NCBI GenBank assembly: GCA_051382335.1
Contig: JBBCAX010000096.1
Location: 1 to 64,000 of the forward strand
Length of the DNA stretch: 64,000 bases
Source of the DNA: Deltaproteobacteria bacterium TL4
GTDB lineage: Bacteria; SAR324; NAC60-12
Direction: 5' to 3'
Shown: piece after piece, positions 59,976-64,000 of the stretch
How the letters are laid out: each line of letters starts with the position of its first letter
Numbering within the stretch: the first letter of the stretch is position 1
Made by a program: the position numbers and the translations under genes
Notes under the pieces: generated by a model
Told to the model about the DNA's origin: nothing
The model's input: the letters and a program-made list of their open reading frames with translations, nothing else
The model's database searches: none

Positions 59976-60591
59976 ATTCTCCCTAAAAAAAATTCAGATC
60001 AACCTGAGCGGTTTTCTTATGTCAGTTCTTCGCCTTTTGGCGACTCGTCACGAAATTATCACAAAAACAAAAATTTTACTCAAGTTTTTATACCAGCATT
60101 CCGATAACCATAATGAAAGCAAAATGAATTCAGGGTTTTAAAAACGAAAAGCAACTTGGAAGAGCTCATTTCAGCTTTCAGCTTCAAACTTTCGTTTAAT
60201 GAAATGCATTTTTTTGGCCGAAATTTATTTTTTAAACATTTTGACTCAAAGTTTTATGGTTTTAAGATGAGAATTGACAGTGTACTGTTATTTTCGATTG
60301 AAGGAAACAATTACAGGAATGCCTGTTTAAAAACATGTCCCTAGTTGTCCCTCAAGGTAGCCTGGGAGAGACTTCAGGACAAGGAAGGGCTGTGATCAAA
60401 GTTTAGAACTGTCCTTAGAAAATAAGGACCTAACTCATTGTTGTCGCAAAATTAGTTATTAGCCTTTAGCAGTTAGGTATCAGATTGATAAATATACGGC
60501 AAAGAGGGAGATTTTAAAGAGCTGGTACTTTACACCTAATGGCTAATACGGATTTAGCGACAGCGACGAACCATCAATGTTGGAGTTTATC

Positions 60592-60816
60592 ATGACACAA
60601 ACCGAGGAAAAAATTCAGAAATACCAGGAACGATTAGGTATTGACGCGAGTACGCGTTTTGAGCGGCATGTTACGAGTGCGGTGTTGGAATTATCAGAAT
60701 CTTTAAAGCATAATTTCCTGGACAATGATTCCAAAGTTGATTATGCAACACATGTATTTGCAAAAACACTTGATGATTTTGCGGAAATTTTGGAAAGAGG
60801 CGTTTATCTTAACTAG
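60592..60816 (+). CDS. Small hypothetical protein
   Basis: GGAG RBS before MTQTEEK; ends 4 nt before the next probable start. Confidence 0.55.
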   Translation: MTQTEEKIQKYQERLGIDASTRFERHVTSAVLELSESLKHNFLDNDSKVDYATHVFAKTLDDFAEILERGVYLN

Positions 60817-60820
60817 CTCA

Positions 60821-62221
60821 ATGCACCATCAATTTAACTATATCCAAGCACAATTCAAACGCTATTGTGCGCAACTACGTTTTCTACGTGGTTGTCAAGC
60901 GTTCATAGGAGCAACAATGGTTCTCATGCTGTTGGTGCTCCTGCTTCCCCATCGTTTTTCACAGTCTTCCCTGTTGATCGCCAACCTGCTTACTTTTTTC
61001 ACGTGTCTCTTTGCCGGCTGGCAGATTATTGATACGCGTTATTGCCTCAAACATTTATATCCTAAGAACCCCCAGTTACTGGAAGCCGTCTCAACATGTT
61101 TAGCGCTAAACAAACAGGAACCCCCTTCACAGGAAGCGGCCTATTTCCGAGACAAACACTTGGAGGACTCTTATCAACTGGTACAGCGTCATCGGCATTC
61201 ATTTCATGTAAACTGGTTTCGTGTTCTGATGGGGGCAGGATTTTTTGAAGCCTTAATGCTCTTTACCATAGGAGGCACACTGATGCTTCCAGACTCACTT
61301 TTACCCAAGGATAGCCTTTCTAAACAAGTCACAGGCAATACCTATCGCATCCTTTACCCGGCTTACATCAGTAGACCCCCAACGATCTACAACCTCTTGC
61401 CTGAGTTTTTGTCCATGCCTCAGGGAAGTCGGTTGGAGATCTATTACGCGGGGCAGAAAGTCCCCACAGGACCCAACGTCTATAAAACCCTAACGGGTGA
61501 ATATCCACTCACCTGGTTCAGCAAGGAAGAACACTGGCTTTCCATAGTGACGCCCCAGGAATCCGGAGAACTGAGTTTGAGTTGGAATTCTCAAAAACAC
61601 CCTATTGAAATGATTCAGGATCTTCCTCCCTCTTTAGAGGTGCAATGGCCGAATGAACCTCATTTTTTCGCAAACTCAAAATTAACCATCACGTTATCCG
61701 CTGAGGATGATTACGGGTTACAACAGATCCATCTCTATTATCAAAGCAAGGCTAGTGCCGAAAAAGGTCAGGAGATCATTCAAGCCTTTGAAGGCGAGTT
61801 TAAAACCTATCAGGAATCCTATCCTTGGGAATTATCAACAACGCCGTTACGTGGCGGAGATCAAGTCATAGCATGGATAGAAGTCAGTGATATCGATTCT
61901 CTGAATGGCCCTCATCTCACCACTTCCAAACAATTTGAATTCACTGTAGAAAATAGCCAGGAGTATCATGAAAAGATCATAAAACGATTCAGACAAATCG
62001 CACAGGATTTAAGTGATTTGCTGTCTTGGCTGGATCGAAAATTAAGCAACCCCACCACTCGACAAGAAAAACTCATGACGGAAAAACTGGACCTCTTAGA
62101 TCAGGACGCAAAATATGACCAATTACTATCGGAGGAGTTGAAAATGTACCTCATGGAATTAAAACAAAGTTTGCAATATTATCAAAGCCGACGACAACAA
62201 GTCCAACAACCCGCCTTGTGA
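60821..62221 (+). CDS. Hypothetical membrane protein (DUF4175-like architecture)
   Basis: N-terminal transmembrane helices; YPAY, DLPP.L....P, AEDDYGL, D.D...GP motifs. Confidence 0.6.
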   Translation: MHHQFNYIQAQFKRYCAQLRFLRGCQAFIGATMVLMLLVLLLPHRFSQSSLLIANLLTFFTCLFAGWQIIDTRYCLKHLYPKNPQLLEAVSTCLALNKQEPPSQEAAYFRDKHLEDSYQLVQRHRHSFHVNWFRVLMGAGFFEALMLFTIGGTLMLPDSLLPKDSLSKQVTGNTYRILYPAYISRPPTIYNLLPEFLSMPQGSRLEIYYAGQKVPTGPNVYKTLTGEYPLTWFSKEEHWLSIVTPQESGELSLSWNSQKHPIEMIQDLPPSLEVQWPNEPHFFANSKLTITLSAEDDYGLQQIHLYYQSKASAEKGQEIIQAFEGEFKTYQESYPWELSTTPLRGGDQVIAWIEVSDIDSLNGPHLTTSKQFEFTVENSQEYHEKIIKRFRQIAQDLSDLLSWLDRKLSNPTTRQEKLMTEKLDLLDQDAKYDQLLSEELKMYLMELKQSLQYYQSRRQQVQQPAL

Positions 62222-62233
62222 TTTTCTCAAGCG

Positions 62234-63187
62234 TTAATTGGCGATGCCATAGAATTGGGGATAGCCAAAACACCTCCAGTTTTCTCCGCTTTGTACACAG
62301 CGAGAACTCCCCGGTTGAGCGTTCGAAAATGAATTTTTAGTGAGTTGTCGATAGGGTAAGACCAGAAAGGAAGCCTCTGAACGTTGAATGGTTACCGAAG
62401 TGGTTGCTGTTTCGCTGACCCAGACTTCCCATAAATTCAAGATGGAATCATGACACGCAAAAACCATGTACCCTTCTGCCGTTTTTGAGACATTCCACGT
62501 TAATTGCTGTCCTTTCACTTGCAGCGCGGCAGGACTCTCGGGCAAAGCAGATCCCGGCACTGGAGGAAACACAGGATAGGGAGACAGTTCAAAAATAGGG
62601 GAAGTTTCAGTGGGGGATTCCCATCTTAATTTTTCAGGAATCCTACAATTGGCATGAGCCGGAAGAGGAACCTCCGTGAGAGCTGGTGACGTTGGATTCT
62701 CTGTAACAGGGGAACTCAGATCATTTATCAAGACACCAACCCCTGAGGGCATTTCTCCCGCGTCATTTTTAGTAAACACCAATAAATGGGTCGCCTCTTT
62801 GGGAAGGAAGGTATTGTTCTCTAAAGGATAGGTCAAATCACTACCTGTTTTCTGCAGCGCCGCAATGGCCAATCCCTCTGTTAGCTTGGAAGTCAAACTG
62901 CTCCCCCAGTAAATCACATAAAAGGTAAGAGGGCTTTCATCGTTGGCTTTTTCAATGAGGATATCGCCTGAGACTTGTCCCTTGTCCGGATCATTATCGG
63001 TAAAATTGATACTTGCCGCGGAAGAGTCGGGGGTTTTTAGCGATTCAGTCTGAGAGGCCGCAGACGAGGATTCGTCAGTGTCACTTGATTTTGTTTTGGA
63101 ATTGGAAGAACTTGTCCCTTCACAGCCAAAACTCCAAAGTATCCCCAAAATGAAAATCAGGTTGAAGACCTTGAAAAATCGCTCCAT
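62234..63187 (-). CDS. Lipoprotein with one YVIYWG domain (paralog of 56998..58095)
   Basis: Lipobox SFGC; FTDNDPDKGQVSGDILIEKANDES..FYVIYWG. Confidence 0.72.
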   Translation of the reverse strand: MERFFKVFNLIFILGILWSFGCEGTSSSNSKTKSSDTDESSSAASQTESLKTPDSSAASINFTDNDPDKGQVSGDILIEKANDESPLTFYVIYWGSSLTSKLTEGLAIAALQKTGSDLTYPLENNTFLPKEATHLLVFTKNDAGEMPSGVGVLINDLSSPVTENPTSPALTEVPLPAHANCRIPEKLRWESPTETSPIFELSPYPVFPPVPGSALPESPAALQVKGQQLTWNVSKTAEGYMVFACHDSILNLWEVWVSETATTSVTIQRSEASFLVLPYRQLTKNSFSNAQPGSSRCVQSGENWRCFGYPQFYGIAN

Positions 63188-63210
63188 AACGCTACTCCTT
63201 ATTATTTAAA

Positions 63211-64000
63211 CTATTCCATTGTATTCTCTAAAGGATTCCAAGTTTTCAGATGACTGTAAAGGTCAATATCCATGGAAATAGAGACATAAGTTCCGACTCC
63301 TCGTTGTTCCTCATGGACTAAGGGATTCGCGTGGGGTTTCTTATAAAATAACGCGCCCATTCCCAATTTTAAGTCATCCGTTATTCTGAAACCGAGACCC
63401 GTGAGGAAAAGATGGTTATCTAAAACAGGTTTTACAGCCTCTGTCTCAGGATTATTCAGTGTCACACCCATATTAAGGGAAAACCGGTCCCAGAAATTCC
63501 ACCCGATGAGCGGTTTTGATTTGTTAATTTTATTCAAATAGAAATTAACGCCCACATAACTGAGCATATCTTCAAAGTCAGGAGAAAACAGTCCCCCTAG
63601 ATCCAAACCAACATAGTTTCCTTGTTGCGGCGTTTCTGTTTGAATCACAGCCAAGGATTGCTGATATAAATCGGGATTATTGTCTTTGAGGTACCCCACT
63701 CTAAATTGAACACAGTAATGTTGTCCTTCTTGTAAAGCGGGAATTTGTAAATAAAAACGCTGACTTTGCCCGCCCCATTTCCCCTGATGAATGAGATGGT
63801 CTGAGTTTTCACTCAATAGTTGAGGACACGCGGCTTGAGGGAGGTGATGCTGAATCCAGATTTCCAACTGGCGAACTTCATAATGAAGCACACCAGTAAT
63901 GACAAAGGTCGTTTCACCGGGGAAATGATTTAGAAAAGAATTGGACTCTAAAACATAGCGAACTTGAGGAAAAGCTTGCGTTGTTTCAGCGTGAAGAGTG
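63211..64000 (-). CDS. Hypothetical protein, possibly an outer-membrane beta-rich protein; start lies beyond the window
   Basis: The frame stays open to the window end (TLHAETTQAFPQ...); the C-terminal half has alternating hydrophobic strands. Confidence 0.55.
   Translation of the reverse strand, partial: TLHAETTQAFPQVRYVLESNSFLNHFPGETTFVITGVLHYEVRQLEIWIQHHLPQAACPQLLSENSDHLIHQGKWGGQSQRFYLQIPALQEGQHYCVQFRVGYLKDNNPDLYQQSLAVIQTETPQQGNYVGLDLGGLFSPDFEDMLSYVGVNFYLNKINKSKPLIGWNFWDRFSLNMGVTLNNPETEAVKPVLDNHLFLTGLGFRITDDLKLGMGALFYKKPHANPLVHEEQRGVGTYVSISMDIDLYSHLKTWNPLENTME

Noticed and set aside
60340..60576. c-di-GMP riboswitch or other ncRNA near GGCAAA at ~60498
   Set aside because: The GAAA tetraloop stem and second GCAAA element are not evident.
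1..64000. rRNA, tRNA, prophage or integron
   Set aside because: I recognised no cloverleaf, rRNA signature, phage structural gene, integrase or attC array.

Overview
A bacterial chromosomal window, probably from an anaerobe or facultative anaerobe given its gene content. I found no rRNA, tRNA or CRISPR array. (1) 1-13.9 kb is a heavily rearranged type I restriction-modification locus on the minus strand. It has an intact hsdM and hsdS, an hsdR frameshifted near its 3' end, an hsdM pseudogene, an extra hsdM 3' end, and a second hsdS remnant with a different second TRD. These are interleaved with three YhcG/DUF1016-type nuclease genes and up to four ORF6N-type genes or fragments. Every YhcG/ORF6N copy carries a 21-27 bp palindrome at the same intragenic position. 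In one remnant the palindrome is expanded into an in-frame array of six units, and the same DNA core is read in two different frames in different copies. (2) 14.3-24.1 kb is a compact CODH/ACS operon: a MetE-core methyltransferase, two cooC, cooS, an AcsB-AcsD fusion and acsC, with no acsE. (3) 24-64 kb holds mixed metabolism, signalling and envelope genes: a Ser/Thr kinase-AAA-GAF-PP2C protein, apgM, a 2-phosphoglycerate kinase, a HelD/UvrD-like ATPase, STAS proteins, trkH, an MMPL-cNMP fusion, hypDA, a TolC-family protein, an M20 peptidase, a crotonase, trmJ and lipoproteins. Small TIR-bounded elements carrying REP doublets are scattered through the window. The TIRs of two of them match the end of a DUF6399-like putative transposase element. 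A truncated class IIC-like group II intron sits exactly at the end of one REP hairpin. All family assignments come from motif recognition by eye and were not checked by database search.
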